Below are positions 38,844-52,520 of a stretch of 64,000 bases of DNA, in pieces. A model generated the notes under the pieces. The model saw only the letters and a program-made list of their open reading frames with translations, was not told the origin of the DNA and did no database searches. Source of the stretch: Lama guanicoe (Eukaryota). Position 1 is the first letter of the stretch. Every line of letters starts with the position of its first letter. Both the position numbers and the translations under genes were made by a program. Location: NCBI GenBank assembly GCA_013239625.1, contig MU054323.1, forward strand, positions 6,499,220 through 6,563,219, given 5' to 3'.

Positions 38844-39308
38844 CTAAGAAAAGCAAACCATAAATAAATTTAGCATCATGCAGTTTGGAATTTTTTTAGA
38901 CCAGACTGTATAGACTACAAATGACTAGAGCAATTTAATACTTAAAATATAGTATTAAAACTGACTAAAACAAAGTATGGTCTGCTGGTACAATGCAGCA
39001 CTACATGGCATGACATACACCAGAGAGATTTGGATTCAAATCATCATTCAGCCAATTGCTACTCTTGGCTAAGATTATTTTTAATCTCTTTAGTCATCAG
39101 TTTCCTTACCTATAATATAGTGAAAACACACCTATTTCTAATTTAATCTATTCTCTTCTCAGTGTAACTCATTAAATACCAAAATCAAACGGCAGCATAA
39201 ATGTTTAACTCTCTACTAAACTAGAGCAGAGATCCCAGGAAATTCCAAACTAATAACCATGTCTGCCAAGTGATCAAAACAACACCTCTTCACCTCCAGA
39301 GGACTCAC

Positions 39309-39446
39309 CTAAAAGATGGAGGGACAAGCTCTGGAGGTAAAGTCAGTGGTAATGGCTGTCCAGCTTTGGCCATATCAGTGAGGTGCATTGCAAGGATAAA
39401 CTCCTCAGCTTTTAGCTGTCCATCACCATCAATATCAGCCAGAGTC
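39309..39446 (-). CDS. ITSN2: ITSN2 exon 10, EH2 EF-hand ([45 protein letters not shown])
   Basis: 138 nt, CTTTAG| ... |GTGAGT; DxDxDG loop. Confidence 0.95.
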
Positions 39447-39978
39447 CTAAAGAAAATATGAAAATTCACAACCTAGAAAGAACGTCTATCTGGAGTAAAA
39501 TATTTCCAGAAGAGTTCAGTTTTTTATTCTTAAAAAAAGAATAATGATAGTGAAACAGCTAGGTTAACATATTTTAGTGAAATGTAAATACATACAGAAG
39601 AGTGAGCTAATTTTATTCTTAATTTTCGTATCATCAAAGAAAGGGAAGAAACTTTGAAGTGGAAAGGGAAATATTTCTTCTGAAAAAGTGGCTTGTTTTC
39701 ATTCATGGTTAATTCACCTATCAAATCACATTTAGCTCTACATTAAAAATGAGATGTTCTCTTATTCTCCATAGAAGGCATTATATAAAAGCAAACTGGT
39801 TTTACTTGTAAAATCCTTAAATGCCAAATTCTCAAGAGTAACATTTTGCACAATTTTATTTGTTTTCAGGGTTACATTAACTTTCACATGGCTGCTTTTA
39901 TGGAATATTTTTGAGTCACAAATAACATCTCTCTTAGAGGATGTATAGTTAAAAATCATAATTAATGGACAAACTCAC

Positions 39979-40042
39979 CAAATAGTAGCTAGCTGAGTTT
40001 GAGAAAGATTTGACTGAAGAAGGGCATTTCTAGCTTGAAAAC
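39979..40042 (-). CDS. ITSN2: ITSN2 exon 9, EH2 ([22 protein letters not shown])
   Basis: 64 nt, AATCAG| ... |GTGAGT. Confidence 0.95.
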
Positions 40043-43000
40043 CTGATTGAGAGAATAAAAAAACATTAAAAAAAAAGAAAAGAAAATTCTTTAGCCTCTT
40101 TAAAGTCATGCAAACTTAAACAGCTATACCCATGAAATAATACTGCTCCTATCTTGAGACAGCATCAGTTTTTACCATGCACCAAGCACTGAGCATTCAG
40201 TAGTCATGAAAACACATTGCCTGGCCCAAGGAGTTAAAACCTGGAGTTAGTAGAATCAAGTGCTCCTGTGTCCTTTCAGACGGTAACAGTATACACAAGT
40301 GACTGACATAAAGGACTGAGCCAGCAGCACAGCACAGCAGAGGCCAAGCTCTCAAAGCACAGCTTCCTTAGCATTTTCAGATTTTCTCATCTCTCTCTGA
40401 TCATTCCTCTGTCTCTACTCTTCCTTTTCTAAATGACCTGTAAATGGCAGCATTCGCCAAGGCTCTGTCCTGGGCACTGTTTTGTTTCTGTGTGTTCATA
40501 TCCATCTCTGTGACTTTAAAGAGCACTTAGAGGATGATGATTCTCAAATGTACATCCACAGCTCAAACCTCTCCTCTAATTTTAGACTTCTCATCCAACT
40601 GAAAAATCAAATTATGTATTTCATAAGCATATCAAACCAAAACCGTATAAAACTACTCTCTCAATCCCCATTCGTGCCCCTTTTTCTAATTCTCACCCAA
40701 ACCATTCTAATCTTACCTTCTCTATGAATGGCATCACAGTCCATCCAGTGGCTCAAGCCAGAAATCATAAAGTTACCCCTGAACCCTCCCTCTCCTGTAC
40801 ACCCATGTCCACCATCGAGTCCTACAATTCGACATATTGCATGTCTGGGTCCTTCTCACCCGTTAAGTCACAATCTAATGTCACCTTCTCTGAAAGGCCT
40901 TCTCTGTCCACTCTACCTTTCAATTTATTTCCTACTCGTATCCTTCATATCTCATTTCACAATTTGTAACATAACATTTATTTGCTTATTTACCTATTTG
41001 TCTGTTTCCCTTATTATGCTAAGTTCTACGAAGACAATACCCTTGACTGCTTTACCCATGAATGTATACCCCATGCCTAGCACATAGAAGCTTAATAACT
41101 ATTTGCTAAAGTAATGAGTAAAGTTGTAATCCCAAGTTTGGGATTGTAATCTTTAAGGTGCAATGAAGGCCTACCTATGCGATAGCATCTGTTAATAAAA
41201 ATAGCTAACATTCATTGAATGCTTACTATTTATGGCAAATTGTTTAACTTCTTTTCTCTCCCTCAGTGAGAGAAAATAAAAGTATGTTTCTGTAACAGGC
41301 TCCCTGATCTTCAAAGAATATACTTCCAGAACAGAAAAAAAACCTATCTGCTTCAAAGCAAAGGAACATTCACTCCTGGTGAGCTTGTCTGTGGCTTTCT
41401 GACCACGATGAAACTTGCAGCTTCTTTAGGGAAGGTCTCCCAGTCAATAAAGCAGAGGCTACACCTTCCACTCTCATGTGACTGAGCCACAAGTGTCAGA
41501 GGAGTCAGCCCTAGCTGGGCAGAGCCTGAGTCAAGACCTGTCCAAACAACTCTGCACAGAAGAGATACATCTGCAAACTCTTCCTCAGCAACAGCTCCCA
41601 CTACAAAGCCAGCACAGACGCTGCTAAACCCATTGTTTCACTGAGCTTTGAACACAGAGGTCTGAATAATCAAAGCTACATATCCTACATGAAACAAATT
41701 CAAATACACCTCATATTATAATATGCAACCAAATGTTACATTCCATAACTTTAAAATCTTTGCTATTCTTTTTTTAATCTGGTCATTTAATAGAAATCAC
41801 AAAGGAAAAAACACAGGAAATAGCTCATGGCCTCAATTAATTACTCAATAGATTTCATACAGGAAGTGAGATCTGAGGAGGTTTTAGTGTTAAAAGGATT
41901 CTTCCAAAAAGAAACATGTAAGGAGGGCTATTTCAAACCTGAAGAAAGGTTCAATAACTATAGTTTCAGCTCTTGGACAAAGATAACAAAGGAGACCCCT
42001 GTCACTAGGCAACAGAGCAAACAGGAGGAGGAAGGGAAAGGACGCAATGGTTAAAAGTGCACTGGTGGAGGGATTAAACGTGTGCAGGCAAAGTCTGAGT
42101 AACACAGAAGACAAAGAGAGGCAACAGAGCCCTGTATGAAGAAAACCTCACTTGGACACGCACACCGCTGGTCTGCCAATCCTCCGGATTCCTATTTCCT
42201 GTGTCTATAATGCTAGTCCCTCCACTGTCTACCTGGTACGTCTACTTGTCCTCTAAGATCCAACTCAGATGTCGTCTCTTCTGTGAAACACTCTTACATC
42301 CTCAGGGTTAGTGACTTTAATAATTTATATTAATTATAGCACCTGGTTTAAAAACCACTAATGAACTACTGTGATTATGTGACCTATACTATAGGCTCTT
42401 CAAAGATATGGGCCATGTCCTCCTCCTCTTTGCATTTTAGTGCTGCACAGAATGCCCAGAAGATATGTGACTCAGGAAATACTTGAGTCAATGAATTAAT
42501 CTAAATAAACCATGATTGAGAGTTTATGGGGAAAAGAAGGGGAGGAACAAAAGGGAGAAATTAGACTATCAACTGCTACATTCACTGAACCAATCATACC
42601 ATGTCAGTCTAGGATAGCCCCGTCCTCATATACCTGGGGCTCATGTTCAGTTCCAGGACACCAAAAACCACTTATTTTTTCAAAAAAAATCAATCCTTCC
42701 CTTAAATGTGGATATATATAGCCTGCCTCCTGCAGGTCTAAGAGTAACAACATTTTCTGAAAACAGCACAACACAAAACCTTCATAAAATGTGTCACATA
42801 ACAAATAAAGTAACATTAAGGGAACACCTCCTCACAGTTGGCTTCTCCATTGCCCTTCACATTCCAACACAAACCCAACCCTATTTATACTCTATGCTTG
42901 TAGTACATATAAAAAGTGTACTAATCTTAAATGTACTGCTCAAAGGATTTTTACATAAGTATGCACACATGCAACCAACACTCATGTCAAGATACAGAAT

Positions 43001-44891
43001 GTTTCCAGCACCCCAGAAGGTTTTAACATGGCCCTTTCCAACAGAGTAACTACACTATCCTGATTTTTATCACCATCAACTTGGCTTCCTGTTCTTCGAC
43101 TTCATAAGTGAATTAAATAGTATGGCTCTTTTGTACCAGACTTCTTTGACTTATACAACATCTGTGAAATGATCCATGTTGCTGCATGTATCAGCAGTTC
43201 ATTCGTTTTTATTGCTGTTAAGTTATTCTGTTATAGAAATACATCCTTATTTATTTATACATTCTCCAGTTGATGGACATTTAAGGTCTTCCTTTTTGGG
43301 TGTTCTGAATGAACCTACCATGAACACTTCTGTACATGTCTTTTTAGTCCATTTTTGTTAATGTGAAAAAAGAAACTTCTTTAATGCAAAATGTAGGGCT
43401 CAAACAAGTTCACTTTTTCAAATATGGGAATCACGTTACTTTATGTTAATCTTAAATAGTTTGAATACTATATTTTACAGAATCTAAGATGCAACGATTA
43501 TAAGACACATTATTATCTTATGTAACTCTAAGAAGGAAAAAAACATTGTCAACAAAATCACAGCACAATGCTAAGACACTACTGAGATGCCACTGATGGT
43601 AACATACATCTCAATTTTAGAGATGTTAAAATGCAAAAAAAAAAAAAGATTAGTCAAAAATATAGTATATTTTATTTCATATAATAAAAGTTTACAGAAA
43701 ATTAGTTATATAATATTTGATACATATAAAATATAGAGAATTTATAAGTTATGAAGTATACTAATAAAAGTCACCCATGAACCTACTACACAACTTAAGA
43801 ACTAGAAACATTACTACATGCTTTGAAGCCATCTGTGTTCCCTAATTTTATCTCCATACCTTTCCCAGAAAAGGCAACTACCCTGAATTGTGTGTGTGTA
43901 ATTCTTTTTTTTTTTAAAGCTTTTATCACCTGGCTATGTATATTTACAGAAAATACTGCATAGTTTAGATTGTCCAATCAATTCCAAGTCTTATTGCTCC
44001 TTTGCCCCACTGCACAACTAGACACTCCATACTCCTATTTTATAGACTACTTTTCGTTCGCCAAACATGCCATGTACTTTTTGCTCTTAGGTTTCTTCCT
44101 GGTCACCCTCAAATGCCCTCACCTCCAATCTCTACCTGTCCAAACCCTAACTTTCTTTCATGATAGGGCTTAAAGCTTAAAAGCTCTCCTCCTGTAAGAT
44201 GTTTTACCTGATCTCTTTAGTATCATTATCTTCTATTCCATGTTCTGTAGCACTTAAAAGCCCTATTATTTTAAAACATTTATTTCACTCTGTCTAAACT
44301 ATAATTCCTCACTGAGTGAAGAGAGAGGGGAAAGTCAGAAGATGGGAATTCTACTTGCCTATTACCCTCTGTTTATGTCCCCTTCACTATCCTCAGTCAG
44401 TAAGGTTTGGACGTTTGTTCTAGCATGGACTCAAATGTTCTACAGGGGTCTAAGGTCAGGTTTTATGGCTGCATTTGAGTTGGACCAATAAAGGACGAAC
44501 AAGCTCACGTGAAGCATTAGGAAGGACAACCAGAGAAAGACCCAGAGAGGAAGGGGACTCTCAGGGAGGCTAAGGTGAGGCTAAGTGCTACCCTCTCCAA
44601 TCACATGAGGCTCTCCACTCACTGCACTGGAGGATGAGGTTTGACCTTCTCAAGGGAGAGGCCTTCTTTCCAGAAAGTGGGGCGTATATCTTTGTGCTCA
44701 ACTTGATGGTATGAACTTTGAACTCTTAGACTACTTAAATGTTATTTGTATTTATGAAATGCCTGATAAATTTTTTGGATGTTAAAATTTTAGATGTGTT
44801 ACAAAGGACAAATTCAAATAGAAGTTCTTTGATATACATCCATATAAGAAACATAACTCTCTCACATTCTTACGCACTGTATGCCACTCAC

Positions 44892-45031
44892 CTGAGAGGT
44901 ATCCACTCATGCTTTTGTCAAGACTATTAAATTTTTGCCGATATTTTAATCTTGAAGGCTGAGGAACTGCCCACTCTGAGGTCCCAGTCTTGGGCGAGTT
45001 CCCTTGGAGGGAAGCAGTTGAGGAAGTTGAG
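44892..45031 (-). CDS. ITSN2: ITSN2 exon 8, EH2 start ([47 protein letters not shown])
   Basis: 140 nt, TTACAG| ... |GTGAGT. Confidence 0.95.
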
Positions 45032-45857
45032 CTGTAATAAAATTTATTTGAAATTTTTATGTTATTAAATAAAATACATTTAGTTAAACCTTTACAAAGA
45101 CACTAAGAATCATAACTTTCATAACACAGTATTAATTGCTTTTATATCTGATATTGAAAAAATTTAAGCAATTATCCTTATTCCTAGGAAAGCAAATACC
45201 ACATGAAGTATTGACCTACCGTGTATCAAGAACCTATGTGCCAGGCCCCGCACTGTGCTACGGCCTTTACAAATATTATTTCTAATCCTCACGACAAACT
45301 TAAAAGATATTACTATCCCCATCTTTTAGATGGGCAAACTATAGCTCAGTGATGTTGAGAAAAACAAGGTCACACAACCAGTGAGTGTTTAAAGCAAGGA
45401 TACACTGTTCTTCTGGGTCATTGTTTTAAAGAGCATTACTATGATTTATACGAGGGGTGATGAATGAATATTGATGCTTCTGTGCTTTCTGAAATTTAGA
45501 GGATACTCAATCAGATGAATTTGCTCAAGAAAAAAATAATGTACAATGATTATGAGATGTTTTGAGAAATGTATTTGAAGGGAAAAATATGTAGCTTTGG
45601 GCAAAAGCTGACTGACTAAAAAATATAGCAGAATATTTTTAATTTACATATAACATTTTTTCAAAAGTAAAATACCCACAATTAATAAGTCTAAAAATAA
45701 AACTTTTTTTCATGAATCGTAAATAGTAAATTTACTGCATTTACATTTAGCCATTATAAAGTAAAACCTGGATAAGCTCAGAGCTTTAAAAAAAAAAGCA
45801 TTTGTTAAATACTCCTTATTGAAAGTGTAAAAAGTTGGAGGTTTTCAGTATTCATAC

Positions 45858-45954
45858 CTACTAGATCCTAAATCAATCAGAGACTGGGCTTTCTGTATAC
45901 TAGCACCACCAAATCCTCCCATCATCAGACTGTAAGATGATGTATGAGGCAATG
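45858..45954 (-). CDS. ITSN2: ITSN2 exon 7 ([32 protein letters not shown])
   Basis: 97 nt, TTTCAG| ... |GTATGA; frame continuous with neighbouring exons. Confidence 0.95.
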
Positions 45955-46095
45955 CTGAAAGAAAGAAGAAAAAAGAAAAAGGTTCATACTAAACAATATC
46001 ACAAATTATGAAGGAAATTTGCATCTATTGGGACACAAATATAACAGTTTCTTTCTTCATATGAAATACTGAGTCATTAGACCCAAAGCACTTAC

Positions 46096-46302
46096 TTGAA
46101 GAAGAGTAAGGAATGGATAAAGGCTGAATGAGACTGGCGGTTCCATTTGGTAATGATGAAGTGCTAACAGAAGGCACTAGGGGAGCAGGCATCATTAAGG
46201 GAGGAAGGGTGGTCCCTGAAGTCGCAGAGGACAAGGGTGTTGCTATAGGTGCGACTGGAGGCAATGACTGAGGAATGGACAGGTTGGGCATGCTTCCCAT
46301 TC
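46096..46302 (-). CDS. ITSN2: ITSN2 exon 6, Pro/Ser-rich linker ([19 protein letters not shown]...IPYSSS)
   Basis: 207 nt inside ORF 46025..46324; TTTTAG| ... |GTAAGT. Confidence 0.95.
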
Positions 46303-46664
46303 CTAAAAACAAAACAGAACACATTCTCCAATGTGTAAATCAATTATAAAATCCCATGACAGAAAACAAGTTTACAGCACAGTGAGCAGCCTCTATGTTT
46401 ACAGAAACACTATGGGCAAACTAGTTTTAAAAAATTCACTAAAACAGCTTCGACTCAGCAGTGCAGGAGGTAAACCACTGCTTGTAATACCAACATTCTG
46501 ACCTGTGTGAACTAAGGGAATGCCTACTAAGTTAAAAATTCTCTTCTAGCATCATGGATGAAACGAAGCAGTTTTCCACAATTAAATATTAGTATTCTCA
46601 AAGAGAGAATGTATTTTCTGATTAAATGTGGGTTTTTGTGTAGGGATAATAAATACAGGGCTGT

Positions 46665-46666
<2 letters not shown>

Positions 46667-46706
<40 letters not shown>
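46667..46706. repeat. (CA)n microsatellite, about 20 units
   Basis: Directly visible. Confidence 0.95.
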
Positions 46707-46708
<2 letters not shown>

Positions 46709-47635
46709 CCCCAAACTCTCCCCTCCTCTGCAAAAGATGTTCTAAATACTAGATACTTTAGGAGACCCATTTATATACACATTATGTGCAAGAAGAAATC
46801 ATGCCACAAGTTTCACTTTTCTTATAACACACTTATGGATTCAAGGACAATTGTTTAAGAGGAACAAACTGATGATTCTTATTCACCTACTAACTGCAGA
46901 ATATGAACTACACTATATAAATATTGTTACACAATGATTTAGTATTTATCTCTACAGTTCACTACAAATACTAAAAGAATTTAGTATTTTAAGATTTCTA
47001 ACATCTAGAGGGGAAAAACACGTTTCAGATACATGGAGATATCTAATTGAACATACATTCCAACAAGTGCTTCTCACAATTAACTAATAATAGCTAATTG
47101 AAATTAATGAAAAACAAGTTATCTCTGATGATATGTAAATCAATTAGCACAAAGTCTGCAACTTTTAAGCCTAAATTTAGCTGGCTAACCAACCTTTAAA
47201 TTAAAGAAATTTCTACTTATGTGTAATTTTAAGTTACCCTCCAAATTAAACCATTTCATGTGAGTTTAAAATTGTCTACATTTTTTGTTATGCACACAGA
47301 GTACAGAGGAAACTAATTAAGAACAGTATCTAGGATCAGCTATAACTAGAGGGATCATATAATTTACCATCTAACTAGGCATTCTGAGAGGGAACACAAA
47401 CTGGACCAGATGCTAGAACAACAGGCTTATGTCAGAACTGTCCCTGGAAGACTGGGACACACGGACACCCCAGCTGTGACAGCAAACTTAGTATTTCTTA
47501 TCCCAAACATGAAAATTAACTTGACGCCTGGGGACTGCCATTTTATGTCAACAAATCCTTTCCTCATTCTCAAATATTATGCCTAGGAATCAAGTTTAAC
47601 TATCCAAACATCTAATTAAATTAATAAGCACATAC

Positions 47636-47799
47636 CAAAGCGAGCAGAAATTAATGGAGAGAACATAGGAGGTTGTTTCATAATAGGAGGAAGAACCACG
47701 GGCAACTGCTGGCCTTGAAGCTTTAATTTGATGAGTTTCATAGCTATGGAAAACTCTTGTTGATCCATCTTCCCATCCTTGTTCAGATCTGATAAAGCC
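47636..47799 (-). CDS. ITSN2: ITSN2 exon 5, EH1 EF-hand ([54 protein letters not shown])
   Basis: 164 nt, TTTTAG| ... |GTATGT; DxNxDG EF-hand loop. Confidence 0.95.
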
Positions 47800-48606
47800 C
47801 TAAAAGGACGATGAGGTGGGTAGATTGGTATGCAGGGTCAACATTACTTTTAAGGAGGATGATAAGATAGAAACAATAACACAGCATTTATAAGTAGGTC
47901 ATCATTTAATTAAATATGTGTGTGTATGCGTGTAACAAAAAGCTAAAACCTGTACATTAAGAAATATTGACCAGATATAGCATCTAATACAATACTATCA
48001 GTCTATAAAGAATCCAGATACCTTTGAAATGAATTCCACCAATGCAGATGGAAAGAAATTATACAAGAGTATAATTATTCTAAACAATTTATTCATTTGT
48101 TCAAATGCTACTGAATGCTTGCTATGTGGCTGGCACTCTGCCAGGCATAGGAATATTCTGAATGGAAAGAAAAATGCTGTTTATTGTAAATACATTACAC
48201 AAAACCTTAGATATTATAAAGAACAATTTCTTTAAGGTAGGAACTGGGGAAGAGCGGGCTAATTTTGAGTTTACAGACGATGAAATAAATGAAACAACTC
48301 AAAGTAACAGAATGAAGATCTAGACTCTTGCCAAATTATAAAGAAATGTTTTTCAATAGAAGTGTGTGTATCTCCTTTCCTTAGAAATTCTAAGGTAATT
48401 AGAAATTTGTCCTACAGAACAAAATCCCAATTGATTTTTAGTCATTTACTCAATAAAATTTCTTTCCTAAAAGGCTGAAGAAATACTCTTACTTAATAAC
48501 AACTGACTATACCCATCAAGAACTTTATGTTAACACTAAGTATTAAAAGCAAAACAAAGCCAGACTATCAGAAAGATAAGTTCATCTACAAAAGAAAACA
48601 TTTTAC

Positions 48607-48670
48607 CATATTTCAGCTAAAACAGGAGCTGGCAGGCCTGACTGCAAGAAAAAGGTACGTGCTTGATCAC
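48607..48670 (-). CDS. ITSN2: ITSN2 exon 4, EH1 (GDQARTFFLQSGLPAPVLAEIW)
   Basis: 64 nt, CTTTAG| ... |GTAAAA; EH-domain signature SGLP...LAEIW. Confidence 0.95.
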
Positions 48671-49052
48671 CTAAAGAAAATAAAAACAAAAATCAAACAG
48701 CGTATTAGTAAATGGAATTATTCTGATGCCTCTGAATAATAATAATGGCCAACAGTAATAATGTTATTGATTTATTTTAATTGTAATTCCAATCATTAAA
48801 GAAAATTATATTATTTTAATAAGACTTAGATGTTTTAAAACAAAAATATCACAACTAAAGTTATATGCATTATCAGGATGAAAAACTACATTATTCATCT
48901 TAGTTCTTCCACATAATTGGGATCTTATTTGCTAATATTCCTGTCTAATAAAACAACAGTTAAAAATACTATTCCCTAGAAGAGTTCTAAATAAAAAAAT
49001 ATCAGGTTTGGGAAAGATACTCCTCATGGGTATCTGACAATCCTATATGTCC

Positions 49053-49465
49053 TGTTATGTATGCCAAGAATGTAAGATTCTAACTGCTCTCTACCTGATC
49101 ATTTCTCAGAACTGAGTTTGCAGGTAAGCAATCTCGAGGGATGAGGTAATGTTTCCCTCTGAGACAAAGAACAAGCTTGCTTACTGCTTGCTGAAAAATG
49201 ATGTACTGCCTGAAACTCAGTGTTCCTCTCCTATAACACAACCACTGCATGTGTAGCATCCTTCTGGGCTCTCTGTATGAACCCTGTGTGACCTGGGATG
49301 AAGGAAATGGACATAAACATGCTGATGTTCATGCTATGCCATTAGAAAGTGTGTCCTTTGTCTCTGACTGGGGAATCCTAGGTCTTCAACTAGCATCCAT
49401 GAGACTGTAACAAACCAAGCTTTACCTTGTAAGTAGGGTAATCAAATCAAATCCCAATCCGGACA
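49053..49465 (+). mobile_element. Old ERVL-class solo LTR (subfamily uncertain)
   Basis: TG...CA ends; GTCCTTTGTCTCTGAC...AGCATCCATGAGACTGT...GTAAGTAGGGTAA tail typical of such LTRs. Confidence 0.5.
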
Positions 49466-49977
49466 CTAGGCAAGGCAGTTATTATTACAGAAGTGCAAAT
49501 AACATTAAACTATAATGGTTAAGAGGATAGATTCCAAAGACAGACTGAGAATTTTCCAAGCCCAGATCACCACTAACTGACTTTGTGACCTCAGGAAAGT
49601 TACAGAACACCTCTAACTCTCAGTTCCACCATCTTTAAATACTCATAGGCTTGTTATGAAAGTCAGAAGAGAGTGCATTTAGTCTAGTATCTAAAATACA
49701 GTACAGATTTGGTAAATATTAGCCATTATGCTTACTATTACTGTAAATAAAGCACTAAGGTGCTTTGACACAGGAAAAAAGTTTCATTTATAAAAAAAAA
49801 TTTGAGAGACACACCTAAATTAATCCTCTTGTGGTTCTGGGGGTCTTTTTGCAAAACAAGGGCCAGCATCAACAATCAGTGCTTATATAGCCTCTCAAAG
49901 ACAGAGGGCTAAGTGTTAAGAAAACAGATTCCAGGGGGGGAAAAGCTCTAGATTATTTTCAAGAAAATTGATCTGAG

Positions 49978-50015
49978 ATACATACATACATACATACATA
50001 CATACATACATACAT
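49978..50015. repeat. (ATAC)n microsatellite, about 9 units
   Basis: Directly visible. Confidence 0.9.
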
Positions 50016-50407
50016 TTCTACTAGGTTTTACTAATACTTATCATTATACTAGTAATTGGCACAACATATTAAGAGCGTATTAATAAATTTGCCTAGGAAA
50101 AAGTCTCAATTACCTTAAGAAATAAACCGAAATATATAAGGTTAAAATGTGAAACTAGACAATTGAACTGAAATTCTTGACTATCATTTAGGATCAGGAA
50201 AAGATCTTCCATGTGCCAAATCCCAAAACAACACATTAAGATGGTTCCAGGTAAAATAAGAAAGCCACATTTTAAAAAAAATTCTAGAATTCTGATTGAT
50301 ACGAATTTTACCATTTAATAATACAAATTTGATGGCAGTCAAAATAAAGCTAATTGTAAGATATTACATGAAAAGGAACATGATTCATAAATAAAATATA
50401 AACAAAC

Positions 50408-50500
50408 CTGTTATATAACCTCCTGCGGGTTTGAGGTTATCAAACTGCTTGTCATGCTTAGTCCGTTCTTCAGAGGTAATAGCCCACATGTTTGGCCCTC
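50408..50500 (-). CDS. ITSN2: ITSN2 exon 3, EH1 start ([31 protein letters not shown])
   Basis: 93 nt, TTTTAG| ... |GTTTGT, phase 1-1, manual translation. Confidence 0.95.
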
Positions 50501-51349
50501 CTAAAACATAAATGAAAGACAAAGATACTACAAAGTATATATATATGAGAAGGCTTAAATACAATTCTAAATGTCCATTTAATGACAGTGCTTAATACCT
50601 TAGTGATATAAGGAGGAAAGCTCTATCATAACCATATGCCACATGGCCCTAAGGCTTTTCACTCATTCACTCAATTAACATCTTACTTGAACAGTTACTG
50701 TGTACCACTCACTGGAAATGGGCAACAAGCTAAACACTGGAAATAAAACAATGAATAAAGTATTATTCCCATTCTCAAGGAACTCTTACTCTAGAAAATG
50801 ACTACCAGCATTTACAATGTTAATCTGTGAAGCATCCTAACCAGAAATATATACAAAAAGCTGCTTTAATACTGAACTAGAACCGTCAAGGTCGAGCTAA
50901 CAGGAAAGGTAAGACTAAGACAGACACCTGAAGCTTGGCTTGAATTTTGCCATGTGAAGAGGTGGGATAAGGTCATTTCACACAAAAAGGGCTTAGCATG
51001 AGAAGTCACATTGAAGATGCTGTAACTGCACTGAGTGGACCAACAGCTAAAGCATCATATGAGTGTGAGAAAGTGGTTAAGAAATAGGAAGGAGGAATTA
51101 ACTGTACAGGGTCTTAAATACTATCCTCATCTTACCTTTACCCTGGAAGTTACAGAGTGCCATCTGGTACTTTTTAAAACAACTTTCTTATTTAGAATAT
51201 TTTTAGATTTACAGGAAAGCTGCAAAGATAGTACAGGGTTCCTATATATCTTTCATCCAATTTCCACTGTGTTAATTTACATAACCAAAGTACATGTGTC
51301 AAAACACATATATTAATGCTAGTATACTACTACTGGCTAAACTAAATAA

Positions 51350-52520
51350 CCCCACCAGCAGGGTTAGCTGGTATATCCCAACAAAAATTAGACTCTGAGT
51401 ATTAGAGACAGTTCCAATTTTTATTACTGAAGATTCTGCCCATTGGAGCCTTTGGCAAACCCTCTACCTGGTCTGAATGCTTGACCTATGCAGGCCTAGT
51501 GACTCTCTGGCCTGACAGTCCCAGTTTGGGGTGAGTCAACTTGAATTCTACAACTAGCAAGGTGAGAAGGACCCCCAAAGCTTGTCAAATGGAAATGGTA
51601 TATTTAAGAACACAAGACAGCCTGGCTCCATCAGCATCTTAGCTTTCCATGAAAAATTAGCAGCTATTTCTCTGAGGGGAAACTTTATTCCTACTCCACC
51701 ATCTGAAGCAAAGTTACTGGATCAATGAGGTTCCCTAAAATGCCTCGGCCTGGTTCACTAATGGTTCACAGAAGCCGAAGCTGATGGTGTCCACTGGGCT
51801 GCCATGACTGTTCAGCTTCAGATCTACGCACAGCCACAAGGATAAACAGTCATTCTCTTTACTGGGCAGAACTCAGATTCTTGGGCTATTGCCAATGGTC
51901 CAGCTGTTTGGTCTGCCACTTGGAAAATTACAACTGACAGATTAAAGACATCCTCTTTGGGGCTGAAAACTGAAAACAAATTTTAATTGCTAACTGAATG
52001 GTCTGGGTCACTTATATAACTAGCCATGTCAAGGGCTCATTCTCTGATTTGGACTGAAATCAAGTTGCTGATTAAGTCTGACTCTATGTTTCTGATGCCA
52101 CTGCACATCAGACGTATGATTCCTCTTTAGGGAAGTCTCATTACACAAGGCATTGCCACCTTTTGGCTCTTGACAGACTGACTACATCGAGCTTTTGATC
52201 TCCCTCTTGGGCTGTTGGTGCCCAACTGTTGACACTTTTTCAGGTTACCAGTCAGCCCATGATGTCCACACTGTTGTGGTCCTTGCAACTAATCTGTGTC
52301 ATGCTTTTGGCTTTCCCCACTATTTGCCCTCTGACACTGATGTATCATTTATCATAAAAGCTGTTCACAACAGTGCACTTCTGATGCCTAACTCTACTTT
52401 CACCATCTCCTCCTGTTTCACACCTCCTTAAAGTAAGACAACTTGGCCACTCAATGTGCTGTCCCCACAAAAGGGATCATCATCACCTCCCAGTTGTTTC
52501 CTGGTTAATCATTGGGACTA
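51350..52520 (+). mobile_element. Decayed ERVL-class pol remnant (RNase H plus integrase)
   Basis: AWFTNGS (about 51748), WAELR (51863), DSWAIANGPAVWSATWK (51876), *QTDYI (52171), VDTFSGY and FGFP..LPSD in ORF 52195..52431. Confidence 0.75.
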
